Assembly: GCF_964194155.1 (NCBI RefSeq)
Contig: NC_135892.1
Location: 66,092,001-66,156,000 of the forward strand
Reading direction: 5' to 3'
DNA from: Cetorhinus maximus
Taxonomy: Eukaryota
DNA length: 64,000 nucleotides
The notes under the pieces were generated by a model. That model was not told the origin of the DNA. It ran no database searches and worked only from the letters and a program-made list of their open reading frames with translations. Below, one piece after another: positions 1 to 13,600 of the stretch (its first letter is position 1; each line of letters starts with the position of its first letter). Made by a program: the position numbers and the translations under genes.

Positions 1-1068
1 ATGAGAGCACATGGAATTGGAGATAACCATGTGACATGGTTCAATAATTGGTTAGGAGGTCAGTGACTGAGATAGGGATAAAAGAACTGTTCACTAGTTA
101 GAGGGACATGACAGGTGGTGACCTCCAGATACCTGGGGCCTCCACTTTTCACCATATATCTTAATGACTTGTATAGAGGATTAGTGCATTGTATAATAAT
201 CAATAATCAAGCAGATGCCACTAACTTAAGAGGCAGAATAAATTGTGTGGAGCAGGAAGTTACAAAGTGACAGAGACAAGTAAATGGACAAAACTATTGC
301 AGATGGAGTTCAATGAGTACCAGTGTGAGGTTGTTGATCTAAAAAAATTAAATCTGATTTTTTTTTTGGAGAAGCTTGGAAATATAGAGGAGCAAAGAGA
401 ATTGGGAGTCCAAATACACAAATCATTTAAAGAGGGTAGAGAGATGCAAAAAGTGATCAAAAATGCTGATGGAACGTTGGCCTCGATCTCGTGGGCTGAG
501 ATAAAAAGGCGGAGGAAGTTGTGCTTCAACTGTATCGAGCCTTGATCAGATCATATCGATATATTGCATTCAGTTTTGGGGTACTCTACCTGAGGAAGGA
601 TATATTGGCCATGGCAGAGGTGCAGTGGAGGTTCCCCAGCATGATACTGAAGTTTAGAGGGTTAAGTTAGGAGGACAAATTGCAAAAACCTGGCTTGTAC
701 TCCCCTGGCTATGGAAGATTGAGTGGTGAACAGATCAAAGTGTTTAAAATGTAAAAAGGATTCAACAGAGAAGATACAGAGTAATTATTTCATCTGGTGG
801 AAGAATCAAAAATGAGTGGACATTATCTTAAAATTAGAGCTAGGCCATCGGAGAAATCGGGTTGTACCTTTTCACACAATGGGCAAGAGAAATCTGATGT
901 CCTTTCCCCTAAAAGTTTGTGGATGCAGGAACAGTTAGAGCTTTCAAGACAGTTCAATATATTTTTTGTTAGACAACATTATCAAGGGATATGGAACAAT
1001 GGCAGGTAGATGAGTTTGAGGTATAGAGCACACATGATCCGACTGAATGGCTTACTCCTGTTCCTATG
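1..1068 (+). mobile_element. Degraded CR1 LINE, 3' part (RT C-terminus and 3' end)
   Basis: Colinear with the young CR1 at ~48560-49930 (atgagagcacatgga.., tattgcattcagttttggg..ctacctgaggaaggatat); ends in the CR1-type tail cttactcctgttcctatg; many stops. Confidence 0.85.
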
Positions 1069-1229
1069 AGTCACTTAAGTAACACACTGGAAAATAATCA
1101 TTTTACCTCCTTTCTGGCTGGGAATATTACCAACCTGAGTTGTGATCGTTAATTCTGAGCATGGAAACAGGGCACTCGGTACAGCTATTCAGTGCTGATG
1201 TTTGTGCTCCACACAATCTTCCTCTCATT

Positions 1230-1725
1230 ATAAGTGCCTCATTTCACACATCTTTCTATTCCCTTTCCTCTCATATGCTTGTCTAGGTTTCTCTTAAAAG
1301 CACCTAAACTATTTGCCTGAATCATTTTCTATGTTAGTGCATTACACATTCTAACCACTGAGTAAGGAGTATTTCTTCATTTTCTCCATTAGATTCATTT
1401 GTGCTTTTATTATCATCTTTCTTCTGAATTCTTTATTGAACTTATTAGTGACTATCTTATATTTATGGTACTAGTTATGGACTTGCTTGTGAGTGGAAAT
1501 GCTCTTTGTGCCTATCAAATCCTTTTCAAATTTTTAAAACCTTTATTATGTCACTCCTCCATCTTCTCTTTCCTGTGGGAGGGAGCCCTAGTCTATTTGG
1601 TCTTTCCTAATAGATACACCCTTTCAGTTCTGGTGTCATCCTTGACAATATTTTTGCACCTTTTCCAGTGTTTTTTTTTTGTAGTATGGAGATCAGAACT
1701 ATACACAATATTCTCTGAATACTTA
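1230..1725 (-). mobile_element. Old CR1 3' fragment
   Basis: ttttgcaccttttccag..gtatggagatcagaactatacacaatattc resembles the minus-strand CR1 text at 12650-12730 and 36380-36460. Confidence 0.55.
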
Positions 1726-3719
1726 GTGGGAGATTAATCAAGTGCAGACATGGGACAGATGTTGGCCTTTACCACGTGGGTATTAAATAACACCTGAGTA
1801 AAGCACAGAAAGGTACATATGGTGGGGAGGGTCCTGTATTGATGATGGGAAAGTTGGGTGAGGCCTTTCATTGAAATGAATAGGAAGAAATGAGTTCTGT
1901 AACAGCCATACAATGTTCTGTCCCAGATTCTCCTTTCTGTATTCCACCCTGGTGATTTTGCGAGGGTGTTAAAAGACCGAACAGATACCCTTGGACTTGT
2001 TGACATTCGCCCTCCCTGTGTCTAACGCTCAAGGATTTAAAAGTCAGCATGGCCCCAAATTGATATGTTATAGTGTAAAACAACAAGTGACTTGGTGAAC
2101 AAGTTTTGAAGAAAACAACTTGCAAGCATTATAAGGAATATATTTTTATGGTTTGAGCTACAGCAAATTTAAAAAGGCTCTGTGGGGAAAGGGCAAGGAA
2201 ACGGGACTAAGTAGAAAGCATTTCATAGCTCACATGCACTGGATTTTTTAAAAGTTCAACTTTAGTATAAAGATAATTTTTAAAAATTTATGTGCCACAT
2301 ATAGCTCTGTGTGTTTAAGCATGGCATTTTTTCAGCCTTGCTCTTCAAATGATTAGTGTATATTTATAATCTAAATAACTGTCCCAGTATCCAATCTCCG
2401 TTTATGTTTATAAACACTGTTGCTTGGAGATGACCTGTCTAAGTCTAGAGCCTGGACTGGACATTGTCCACTCCAAGTTTGGTATTGCCTGTTAGGGCTA
2501 TTACTGCTTCAGTGGTGCAGAGTTATCTGGTTATAAATTGATCAGGAGGCCACAGTTGTTTTCAGGATTGAATTACTGTTTAAATTGATAATTGTACAGG
2601 AAAGGAGGGTGGTGGAAGAAGGATGTTAATACTAGTTCAGATTGCACAAAGCTCTCATAAAATGGAAATAAACAGTTTAGATCACCAAACAGGTAACAGG
2701 CTGTGTTTAACCAAATTTGCATATAACCTACTGAGTCAGGAAGGACTTCTGACAATTTGCTTGTATTGGAACGTCACAAAAGATTTGCTTATATCTGATT
2801 TTCATATGCAGTTGACTTTTTTTAGGTTAAACCTGGTGATCTCAAACTATTAAAGTTGTAGAATTATACAAGGCTTTAACAATGACCATTGCTTTGTGAT
2901 TTGATGATTTATTTTTTGTATCTCTAAGTATGTGGAGTAACTGAACTCAATTCTTCAGGTCAGGTCTCTCCTTTTACTCTTAAGATCATGCAACATTATT
3001 TAAAATGTAATTATACATCAAGTAAAATAAACTATAGTTTCTTTTTCCAAAAAAATCCATTATGTAGAGGTCAGTAAAACTGGTTCCTTAGGCTGTCTGT
3101 TATTAATTATGTCACTCTTCGCAGGAATTGAGGGACCTTTAAATGTCCTCTGCTAAAATTTTGAGCAATCATTTGCTGGTTCTATTGCTAAAATGACCTT
3201 GATGTTGTAGAACAATAGGAAGTCACAAAATTAACTGGGTACTTTTGGGACTATTTGTACTCAAAAGTAATTGTCACGTCACATTTTGTCATCATATTCT
3301 AGTTTCTGGCATCTGTAGTGCAGACTGTGAAATGGTAATTAGACTATTTATTATATCGGCTAATGATTCCCTTGAACTATCAGTATTCCAATTTAATACA
3401 AGTTAACTAAAATAAAGTTCTGTTTGTGAGCACTGTAATTATCGAAACTCCAAATTTTCCATTATAGATACTATAAATAACAATCTATTTTCTTTAGATG
3501 TTGGTAATGATTTTAAAAAATAACATCAATGTGCATTAAAAGTTTGAGGTTGCAGTTTCAGATTCTCTTGCATCCACGTACAGTATCTGAAAACAATGTA
3601 TGTGTACATTTTGTCTGTCATAACTCTCTGGGGTGCACTGTTCTATAGATTCATTTTAAGTTGCACTTTAAGCAGTTTGGTTCAAAGTTTACCTCCATAA
3701 GCCAGCAAGATATCACAAC

Positions 3720-3805
3720 AGGCAGGAAACGTACCAATCAGCAGGCAACAACAAGAATGAGAAATATCCATCAAAAATGGTTACCTAGCAACAGCAACCA
3801 ATAAA
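3720..3805. promoter_or_regulatory. Candidate intronic cis-regulatory module (ETS + CCAAT + RFX X-box + CCAAT)
   Basis: CAGGAAAC ~3723, CCAATCA 3734, GTTACCTAGCAAC 3780-3792 and CCAAT 3798 in apparently non-repetitive sequence; motif evidence only. Confidence 0.4.
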
Positions 3806-4424
3806 AAGAAGAGGCTAAAGCAACCAAATTACTTTTATAAAAATATTGATTTTTTTTTCTTCTTTACTGCCACCAAGCTGAATACTTTCTGCTGGAAATA
3901 GGTTTAGATATAATAGACAAAAAAACAGTATTTACAGGAAAATTATTGAACTTGCCTATACAACAGAACAAAATGCCTGTAAGTACTTTTTTTGTTGTTG
4001 CCTATATGAAAAAGCCTGAACTTTGACTTGTTGCAGTTTCTCAGTCATTTCACTTTTCGCTCAAGAAACTTGATGTAGTGGGCTATAAATCCAAATATGC
4101 ACCATGTGTAGAACTTCCAGATGTTTGAATGATGGTAAGACGTGCTGTTCACAGAACATGCAGGGGTTTTGTTTTAGGAAGCCTCCACTGCCTCTTGTGG
4201 GAAAGTATTGGGAATAAAATCCTTAAACTCCAATAGATAGCAATTATTTATGTACTTCCACTAAGTTTTTAAAAAACACTTTCATTTTTCAGGAACCATC
4301 AACAATAATACTTCTGTCAGGAGGATGATCACTACCACTCTCATACTTTCTCACATTTGATAATCCCCATGATATGCTGTGAGCAACATCATTGGAGATC
4401 AGCTTGTATATATCTATATATTGG

Positions 4425-5475
4425 ACGCCCAGATTTTGCTGAAAAAATGTAACAGAATCTGAAGACAAACAGCATTATTAATGTGCAAAAGGACCAGCAA
4501 CTTGTAGTGAGGAAGAATTAACTTGTGAGTTGCAAATCACCATAAGCTGCTGGCTGATTTGCACCTCTGGCATTAGCTATGTGAAATTGGCATCTTGTGC
4601 TTAGCTTCCCTGTGAATTTCATGACGGTGCTGTATTTGCACATTAATTATCCATTAAACTCATCACAAAGTTAAAACTAGTAATTAATAACCTCATTGTT
4701 AATGGCTTCCAATCAACCTCTTTTGGTCAAAAGTAAACAATTAGTAATGTGGCGTCTCATTCCATCACGTTGTAACTAGTTTTAGGAGATATTTAAATGT
4801 CAGATTCTTAATATTTTATTCTTACTTTTCCTCTGCGTGTACTCACTCACTGAAATCTTTTGTTCCGTCACTTTATTCCTCTTTCTCTTCTTGAGTTGAC
4901 ATTTAATTAGTCAATTCTCATGCAGCCTACTTCTCAATTTTTCCTTTTGTTTCTCAATCCTTAATCTCATTGGTTAAGGAGAGACCCTGTTTGTTCACCT
5001 TTTTTTAGCCCTTACCACTACCATTAACACTCCCTTTGTCCTTTTGTTCACGACATCTTTGTCATTCTTTCCTTTGCCCCCACCTATCGCTGACCTCCTA
5101 TCCAGCTTCACCTGCTCCACCCCCCTTAAACAGTATAAATTTCATCACATTTCTACTTCGCTGTAGCTCTGAAGAAGGGTCATACAGGCTCAAAAAGTCA
5201 ACTCTATTTCTTTCCGTACAGATGCTGTCAGACTTGCTGGGTTTTTCCAGCATTTTCTGTTTTTGTTGCAGATTTCCAGCATCCACAGTATTTTGCTTTT
5301 ACCCTGTTTGTTCTGTTGTTTTGAGGGTCACCGATGCCTTGTTGCCCTCACTGTGCTTTTATCAGCTCACAAATCCAGCAACATTGTGGGCAGATTTTTA
5401 AAAAACTAATGTGTGCACAAACAAACCTAACTAACTGGGCACACCGCATGATGCCCTGCTCCAGCAAATTTAAGA
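4425..5475. mobile_element. Degraded non-autonomous DNA transposon (MITE-like) hosting a Penelope-like insert
   Basis: Begins gcccagattttgctg and ends ctccagcaaattt, an imperfect inverted terminus of the GGGCCAGATTTT type seen elsewhere in the window. Confidence 0.4.
4997..5300 (+). mobile_element. Penelope-like retroelement 3' end with degenerate hammerhead ribozyme
   Basis: 13-bp target duplication ACCCTGTTTGTTC (4984-4996 / 5301-5313); CTGAAGA-a-GGGTC-ataca-GGCTC-aaaaa-GTC-AACT from 5169; same tail as the 30060-30155 and 45960-46050 copies. Confidence 0.8.
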
Positions 5476-7514
5476 TTACAATGTGCAACACTCATTTTGG
5501 TCATCAGTTTGGGCATAGTGGGGCATCATACTTGAGTGTTGCACTTTTTTATCTGTTAATTTTGCGCCCTTAAAAATTGCGCTGACAAAGATAATCTGAT
5601 CTCTAATTGGCCCAAGCGTAGCATTCAAAAATGTATGCCAATTACATCTTGCCACCTTGATGGGGCCCTCTCTTCCATATTAGTAACATAACACACATTG
5701 CTAATGTCTTGGTATAGTTTCTTGTCTTTGTAAAGCAGCATATCTCCTGACTTAACTGTGCGCAGTGTGTAGGGTGATGTTAGTATGTTTAATAAACAAT
5801 ACCAATACACCAATACTTTTATTAACTACTAATGCCATCAGGTTCATCAAAAAGCTGAAACATTCTATCTTGTAAGTAAAAATTTGCCACTTTATTTAAA
5901 ATAAAGTCACACCCCTTTAAAATGAGAGTATTCTGTAATTTACCGCCTATTCATCATAAACATCTGCCTGGCTTCTAAAGGCTATAAAATATCTTGTATG
6001 TGAAGCTCTAACGGAAGAAAAATCCTCAAAGCCCACTAAAAACATTTAGTGCCTGCAGCACTAAAACATTTCTGTAATTAATTTGTAAAGCCGTTCTGCA
6101 GCACACTCACTACTTGCGAAGTCCTTGGCACCATTTGTTGCTAAGTTCAGTCTGAATTTATAGTAACTGGATTATAAAGATAAAGTGCCCTGAAAATTAT
6201 TTTACCCCTGCATTAATCGAAGAGCACGAGCTAATATTGTTGACCTTGTAGCTTTCTTCTGGAGAAGATCACCAGCTACTCATTGCTCCTACAAAGCCAG
6301 CTTGTATTTTTTTAAAACATCTTTGCTGAAGTAAAGATGTATCACTGGCTATTTGGGTGTGGTAGTTTCTTCCATGCAGTTTGTTCTAGTAATTTGGCCT
6401 ATGTGAAAATTCCCTAAGGAGCTGAAAGCTTTTTCTTAATTGTAAATCCCTGAGCCCTGGACCCAGATTATCAGAAGGTTTGATATTATTTTCATTCTGC
6501 CTTCAACAGGCCCAGATATTTTTATAATATAGAACTATGCAATATTACAACAGTGAGGTCGTGTGGCAATTTTGTCTGTGCTGAGCCTTTGCTGGAGTAA
6601 TCCACAATTAATCCCCCATTGTATGTTTTTCAATGGATCAAATATGTACCCACTTTTCTCTTAAAACATGCCTCAATCACACCTTCTAGTAAAGAATTGC
6701 ATGCTTGAATAACTTTTTGCATTTGAACTTTCTTCTGTCCTGCTCTTCACTCTCTTAGTTACAATTTTAAAATGATGCCCCATGTCGTTTACTCCTTAAC
6801 CAGTAGAGGTGGTCTATCCCTATCAAAATTCAATGCTGTTAGGTTGTCTAACTTTTCCTAGCCACACTTGCACTTCAATTGAATATATATTTGAACCTCT
6901 AGGATTGTCTATTTCTATTGAGCACATACTCCTAGTCCAAAATGTTTTCCTCCACTTTAAATTGCACCTGGGGACTTCAGACCTTCCAATTACTTCTCTT
7001 TCTGTGCCCAAATAGTATGAATTGTTATTGTCCTGTCAATCATCCAACTTTCTGTCGCTACTACTACCTTACCTTTTATACCATTCAGTAACAGCTCCGC
7101 AAAATGAAAATTGGAATATTGACTAATCAACCTTTTTAATTGGCATCTAACATGGAATTGGTGCAGTTTACAAGTAACACAAAAAATGTTTATGTTGAGG
7201 ATAAATAAATGGTTTAAAAAATAAACATTAAATTTCAAATTTGCTCCTTTGGTGCTGCTTCATAGATTAACTTGTAATAAAGCAGATAGAACTGAATATA
7301 TGCACTGACCATTATGATAAATACATTCGACAGTGTGCCCAGTTTGGTTTGTAGATGCCAACAAAGGAAGAAATGGTACAGCTTCATCTCCTTTGTGGAT
7401 TATTAGGAAACTGTTTGCAGGAGAGGGCGGTTCACTGAACAGATGGGCTTGGTCTTTCTCAGTAATTTGCTCCTCCCTTTATGTCTGACACTGACTTGAA
7501 GCCCTCCACCTGCC

Positions 7515-7650
7515 TTGTCGCTATGGAAATGCAGTGGAGCTAGATAATAACAATGACATCAGTTGGCATGACATCAACCCCTTGAACACTAACAATGCAA
7601 GGATAGTACTTCGTTAGGCAGTCCTGCAAGTGGTGGTAGATGATGTAATC
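7515..7650. promoter_or_regulatory. Candidate intronic enhancer (RFX + two CRE/ATF-like + C/EBP-ATF site)
   Basis: GTCGCTATGGAAAT 7517-7530, TGACATCA 7554-7561 and 7569-7576, TGATGTAAT 7641-7649; motif evidence only. Confidence 0.45.
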
Positions 7651-10600
7651 CTAACAGGTGGTGCTAGGCATATGTCTAACTGGAAAAAAGCAGATAGTTT
7701 AGTATCATTATCCTATACAAATTATACGTATATTTTGGAAAAGGCCATATGCTTTGACAATAGCTGACAGCTTATGATTCCCTTTGTGTACAAAAGTTTG
7801 ATAGAATTTATAATCCAGAGCTGATGGAATATTCCTATTTCTGGGGTTTCTAAATTAATTAGCTGTAACCAATACTAAAACAGTACAAGCTCTCAACTTT
7901 TAACAAAATAGGAAATTATTTGTAACATAAGTTTTAAAGTGTGCCAGGGAGCTTTCATTGTGGTTCTGAAGATGTTCACTGATAGTTTATCTGTCAATCA
8001 ATGCAATGCTTTGTTGCTTTACAGATATTCTAGATTTAAATTCATGCTTGCTTGCAGCTACTAGGGTCAGTTAATTCATCTATAAATGCATAGTTTAAAT
8101 GGTGCAGCTTTAAAACAAAATGTAAATTAAGTTGGATTTATACGAAAGTCTTCTGGAAGACTGAGGCATAGCAGGACATTGTTTGCTATGAGATCTCGTT
8201 GCAGAAATGGCCATAAATTGCCAAGTCAACTACTTTACTTATAAATATGTTTAAATACAGCTTGCATTGCCCCAGGTATGCTATGGAAGTCTGGGAGAGG
8301 GGGAAAAGAACTTTTCTACTGAAGCAGGAATTATGCCCAAAATTGACCCTCAATGGCTGTTGGGGTTGGGGGGGGTGGGCGGTGGGAGGACAAAAAAAGC
8401 CTCAAGTAGAGACCTGTTGGCTATAAAACCTGATGTTCCTTTAAAGGACCAACAGGTTTTATAACCATGATAGTAGCGGAGGAACGAAACAATCTGGATG
8501 AAGAGGGTGATGGCTAGAAATGGTTGAGGAAATGTGGAGGGAGCTGAAGCTGAACCTGGGCCTGTGTGTCTGCTTAAGAGGTACAAAGCAGCAGGTGAGG
8601 GGCTGTTTGGTTCACAATCAACGACCCATCAAAATTATGCTTCTGCACATAGAGGTAGGTGACTGTGGCTACCTACTTAAGTCACATGGTTCTTTTATAA
8701 TACAAGAAGAAATGTGATAATTTAAAAATGGGGAGCAGAAGCTAAGCAAAATTTAGCTGCAGGCTCCCAAGCCTGCAGACTCAAATCTGTGACTCTGCAC
8801 TAAAAAGAATGTTAGATCACACTTATGTAAAGATACTGAGGAACATCTTGAGGACCAGAGATTCATAGCAAGTGCATATCAGAGAAAGACTCAATACAGG
8901 TCAGCAGTACCTGACACAAATGGCTACAACACTAAAGTCTCCATCCATCCCCTTTGACATTGACAGAAAGCCCTTCAGGACAGACGGTGCAACCAAAGTG
9001 ATGTTTTGACAAATGTGCATTCAGACCCCTCACACTTGTGCTTCTCCTGACACCACAAATTCTCACTAAAATCAAAAAGAAGTGTCTTTTTGAAGAGGCT
9101 TCCAGCAGTCTCTTTTTAGTACTCTCAGCACCTAGAGCAAGTGGGTCTACCATGTGCTATGCACACTTCACCCAGCTCTCATTAAAATTTGCAACTGGGA
9201 TCTTGCAACAGGTGTAGACTCTCATTTATATATTTAAACAGCTTCCCACATGTTTTGCATGGAAATAATTGGCACCAATTTAAAGAGTGAATGAGTGCGT
9301 AAGGTGCTAGTTAGCTATTTTTCAGGCCAGCAAAGTGTGGTTGGCAGTTGAAAATCACCCCTTATATTTCGGGCAAAAATTATGGACAATCAAAGCCTGG
9401 AAACTCAACCACTTCCTGGTTTGACAAGTCACAATGGAATAAGTGGATTTTTCTGGGACAACACTTTTCTTTTGCCTTTGTTATCCTCTCATTTGCATAT
9501 ATGGGTGGATGCATTTGCTCCTACAGACTTGGTGTTGAGCAAATGTTTTAGAATGGGAGCAACTCTAACATATCTGATTTAGTTCCCAAAATTTTGCCCT
9601 CAAGGCCACAACTGCATCATTATTTTTCCCTCAAAATTGGAGATTTTTGGGCACAATATGTTTTCTTCTTGCTAAAGTAGAGTTGTGCTTACAATTTGAT
9701 CAGAAAAAAATACCCAGTTGTTACCTTTTATAAGCACAACAGTGAGATTCAGAAGAGCTACTTTGATTCAGAAGTGTTCTGCTACCTTTCTGAATAAACT
9801 GTGCCATTTCAAAGGGTTAGGAGTTTTTGGATAAACCCTTATCAAAGAGAACATTTGGTCTTTGTTTACATGTCTTGCACTATTAAAAGGTCTGTTATCA
9901 GAAGTTTTTAATATCCTGTTTAAACATTTTTCAGGTGTCACACTATCAGTGAAGTAACCCTGCTGCTGCATGAAACTTGATAGAAAATGAGTCCAGGTTA
10001 TAGTGAAGGTTTAAAAAAAGTGATCCTTGATGTGGAGTTGTCAAATTTGTATAGCTCAATATGAAGTTGTGATTAATGAGTTTTACAAGACATCCTGATG
10101 TTTTGTGAAGGACAAGTGATATTTTTAAGTGAAAAATAATGATCTCCCATTGGGAAGCATCTCAGTAATTACCGAATGAGTTGGACAAAAAGCATGAGTG
10201 GACTGAATAGAAGAAAGCGGTGATCAAATTAGCCTCTATGACACCCGATTGTTTTTTTTTCTTTTTGGAGCTTTGGGTGCGGTTTTGCTTGCAAAATTGT
10301 ATCACTGCACGTGCGCACATCTCTGGTTCTAGCTGACATTTTGATGAGAGCTTTGGTATGCACATAGGCAGCATCTTCCAGAAGTATGCAGAATCGGCAG
10401 ATTGTGATGGTGGACTGCATGGAAAGCTGATTTGATGCCAGTGCTCCAGATAATGCCCCCTCTCAACCTTGCACAGCTGAACATGTGCTTAGCAGCATTG
10501 GGGAACTCCCCACCCACATCACACCACCATTTACATGAATTGTCAAATACTTTCAGATTAATTACTGATTGAGTTCTACTGGCTCTTGCTGCAACAGAAC

Positions 10601-10679
10601 CAATTGGTCCCTAAAATTGGTGCGATAGTTTACATCCCTATAGACTACAGTATGACAAGGAAAATGAGCAGAGATGAGA

Positions 10680-13600
10680 CAGAGCAGGAGGAGCTGTGGA
10701 AAACAGAAGAAGAGGATTTGGTGGGGAGGAGAAAAGGAGGGCTCACAGGAAGAGGCCTTATTACCCAGGGTGTTCAGGGATCAATTCTCCTACTTCAGTG
10801 AGGTGATTGTACAGAAACTCCTGGAATAATTTCCTTTCTGGCTGGAGCAAGCAATATCTGCAACATCTCCCATTTTGCCATCCTCTGCAAAAGTGAGGTC
10901 ACTAATGTGCTGTTTCCCAAGAGGCTGAATACATTTCATTCCCTCTTGTCAGAGAAACAGGTAGTTTTGTGAGAGTTGCCAGCTTCCCCAATTTGTAGGG
11001 TGCCATTGACTGCATGTATGCTGCCTGCTTCCCCATTACTCATCTAGAATCAGATTGCCTGGCAGCTCTTGAGGTCAGGACTTCCTATCCCTGAGGGACG
11101 GAAGTCCCACTCTCGGCTCATTAAGGCCAGCTTCAGCGTATTATCGCTGCAGGGCAGCCTTTTTTAAAGTCGGATGGCTCAAGACCAATTTTTCTACAAT
11201 TGGGTGTGGGGGAGGAGAGCAATATGCTTCCTGTAAAGTTCACACTGCAGTGTCAGTACCTGAAATGGTTGCGAGCGTCAGTACAAGTGACTACTGCCTT
11301 CACGCTTTTCCAGTTCTTGCTCCTCCAGCACAGCTTGGTCTGATTGCAGTCCTTCGGCATCTGAAGGAGGGAGGCCCAAAGATAGGGTTTAGGTGAGGAG
11401 AGGGAAGGGATAAAGCAAGAGGTGCCTGCTTTCACTATCTGTGGCTTGCAAATCAGTGTGTAGGATGAAGGGAAGTGGGATGTAAAGAGGAGGATTAGGT
11501 TATAAATGCTATTATCCTTGCTTCTTTTAGCCTCATTGTTGGCCAAGATCTCAGCAATGGATGCTCCAATGATCGTGCCCACAGTCTTCTCCATTGGACT
11601 TTAGTCATGCAGCACTCCCCACCCCCCTTTTTGTTAGGTGCTGCTGTCTCCTTTTATGCACCACCTTGCCTTGAGAGAGGGAAATGTGTCACTGTGTGTG
11701 GTGCAAAGTGTTTGGGTGATGTGACATTTTTATGGTTGAATAGCTGGCAGTGTGTGCAAGTTGTGAGATGGGGATGTGTGGCTTGAAGCAGAACTAAGTG
11801 TATAAAGGTGCAGTGGAGCTACGAGTGTGAGGTCGGAGTCATGACTGATAGAGAGGGTGTGGTGCATTGAGAGCAACGTGTGAAGTTAATGCAGCAGTTG
11901 ATGTGAAATAGCATTTGAATTCACTAATCTTGACCGCTTCTGAGGCATGAAATTTCTTGCGGCACTGCATCCAGGTCATTGGAGCTAGACATCTGGTATT
12001 GACCACCTCACATATCTCTTCTCAATGCCATTACACGGTTTGTCCGATTCCTAGAGCCTCCTCGTCTCTAATGGATAGAGGACTGCTGCCCTCCTGTTGA
12101 TTTCCTCCACCGAGGCATCCGGTATCAGGGAAGCTTGGAGCACATTCTCTCCCCTGCACCTTAATTCTGTGTTCTAACATAAGACTTGGGAGCAGGAGTA
12201 GGCCATTCACCCTTTGAGCCTGCTCCACCATTCAATAAGATCGTGGCTAATCTGGTTGTGGTCTCAGCTCCACTTTCCTGTCTGCCCCCCATAACCCTTG
12301 GCTTCCTTGTCTAACAAAAATCTATCTAATTCCGCCTTGAATAAATTTAAAGACCCAGCTTCCACTACCTTCTGAGGAAGAGAATTCCACACTCTAATGA
12401 CCATCTAAGAGAGAGAAATTCTCCTCATCTCTGTCTTAAAAGGGAGACCTCTTATTCTTAAATAATGTCGCTTCATTCTAGTTCCCTCACAAGAGGAAAC
12501 ATCCTCCTCGTATCCACTCTATCCAGTTACCTCAAGATCTTATGTTTTACCTCTCATTCTTCCAAACTTCAATGGGTATAGGCCTACCTGCTCAGTCTTT
12601 CTTCGTAACCTTCGCAGGCACCTCATTCCCAGGAATGAGTCGAGTGAACCTTTTCTGAATTGCTTCTAAAACAACTATATCTTTTTTTTCAAATAAGGAG
12701 ACCAAAACAGCATGCAGTATTGCAAGATGTGCTCCCGCCAAGGCCCTGTACAGCTGCAGTAAAACTTACCTACTTTTATATTCCATTCATCTTGCAATAA
12801 ATGCCAACATTCCATGTGCCTTCTAATCACTTGCTGTACCTACATACTAACTTTGTGATTTATGTACCAGGGCACCCAGATCCCTCAGTATCACCAAGTT
12901 CTGTAATCTCTCTCCATTTGCTGCTTTTTGCCAAAATGGACAAGTTCACAATTACCCACCTTATACCCCAACTGCTAAATCTTGGCCCACTCACTTAACC
13001 TGTCTATCTCCCTTTGCAGACTCTCTACCTCCTCTCGACAACTTACTCTCCTACCTATCTTGGTTTTATCAGCAAATTTAGCTACCATACATTTGGTCCC
13101 TTCATCAAATCATTGATATAGATTGTAAATAGTTGAGGTCCCAGCACTGATTCCTGTGGCACTCCACTACTTACAGTTTGCCAATCTGAAAAAGACCCAT
13201 GTATCCCTATTTTCTGCTTCCTATCAGGTAACCAATCCTTTATCCATGCTAATATGTTACCCCCTACACCACGTGTTCTTATCTTGTTTAGTAACCTTTG
13301 TGGTACCTTATCAAATGCCTTTTGGAAATCCAAATACACCACACCTAGCGGTTCCCCTTTATCCACCTAGACTATTACTTCACCACAAAACACTAACAGA
13401 TTATTTAAACACTATTTCCCTTTCATAAAGCCTTGTTGGCTCTGCCAAATCACATCATGGTTTTCTATGTATCCTGCTATAACCTCTTTAATAATGGATT
13501 CTAGCACTTTCCTTATGACAGGCGTTAGGCTAACTGCCCTATTGTTTCCTGCTTTCTGCCTCCCTCCTTTCTTGAATAAAGGTATTATATTAGCTATTTT

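Noticed and set aside
8470-9361. Further Harbinger nuclease relic on the minus strand ending in AAAATCACCCC
   Set aside because: Suggestive but too degraded to support by eye; needs tBLASTn.
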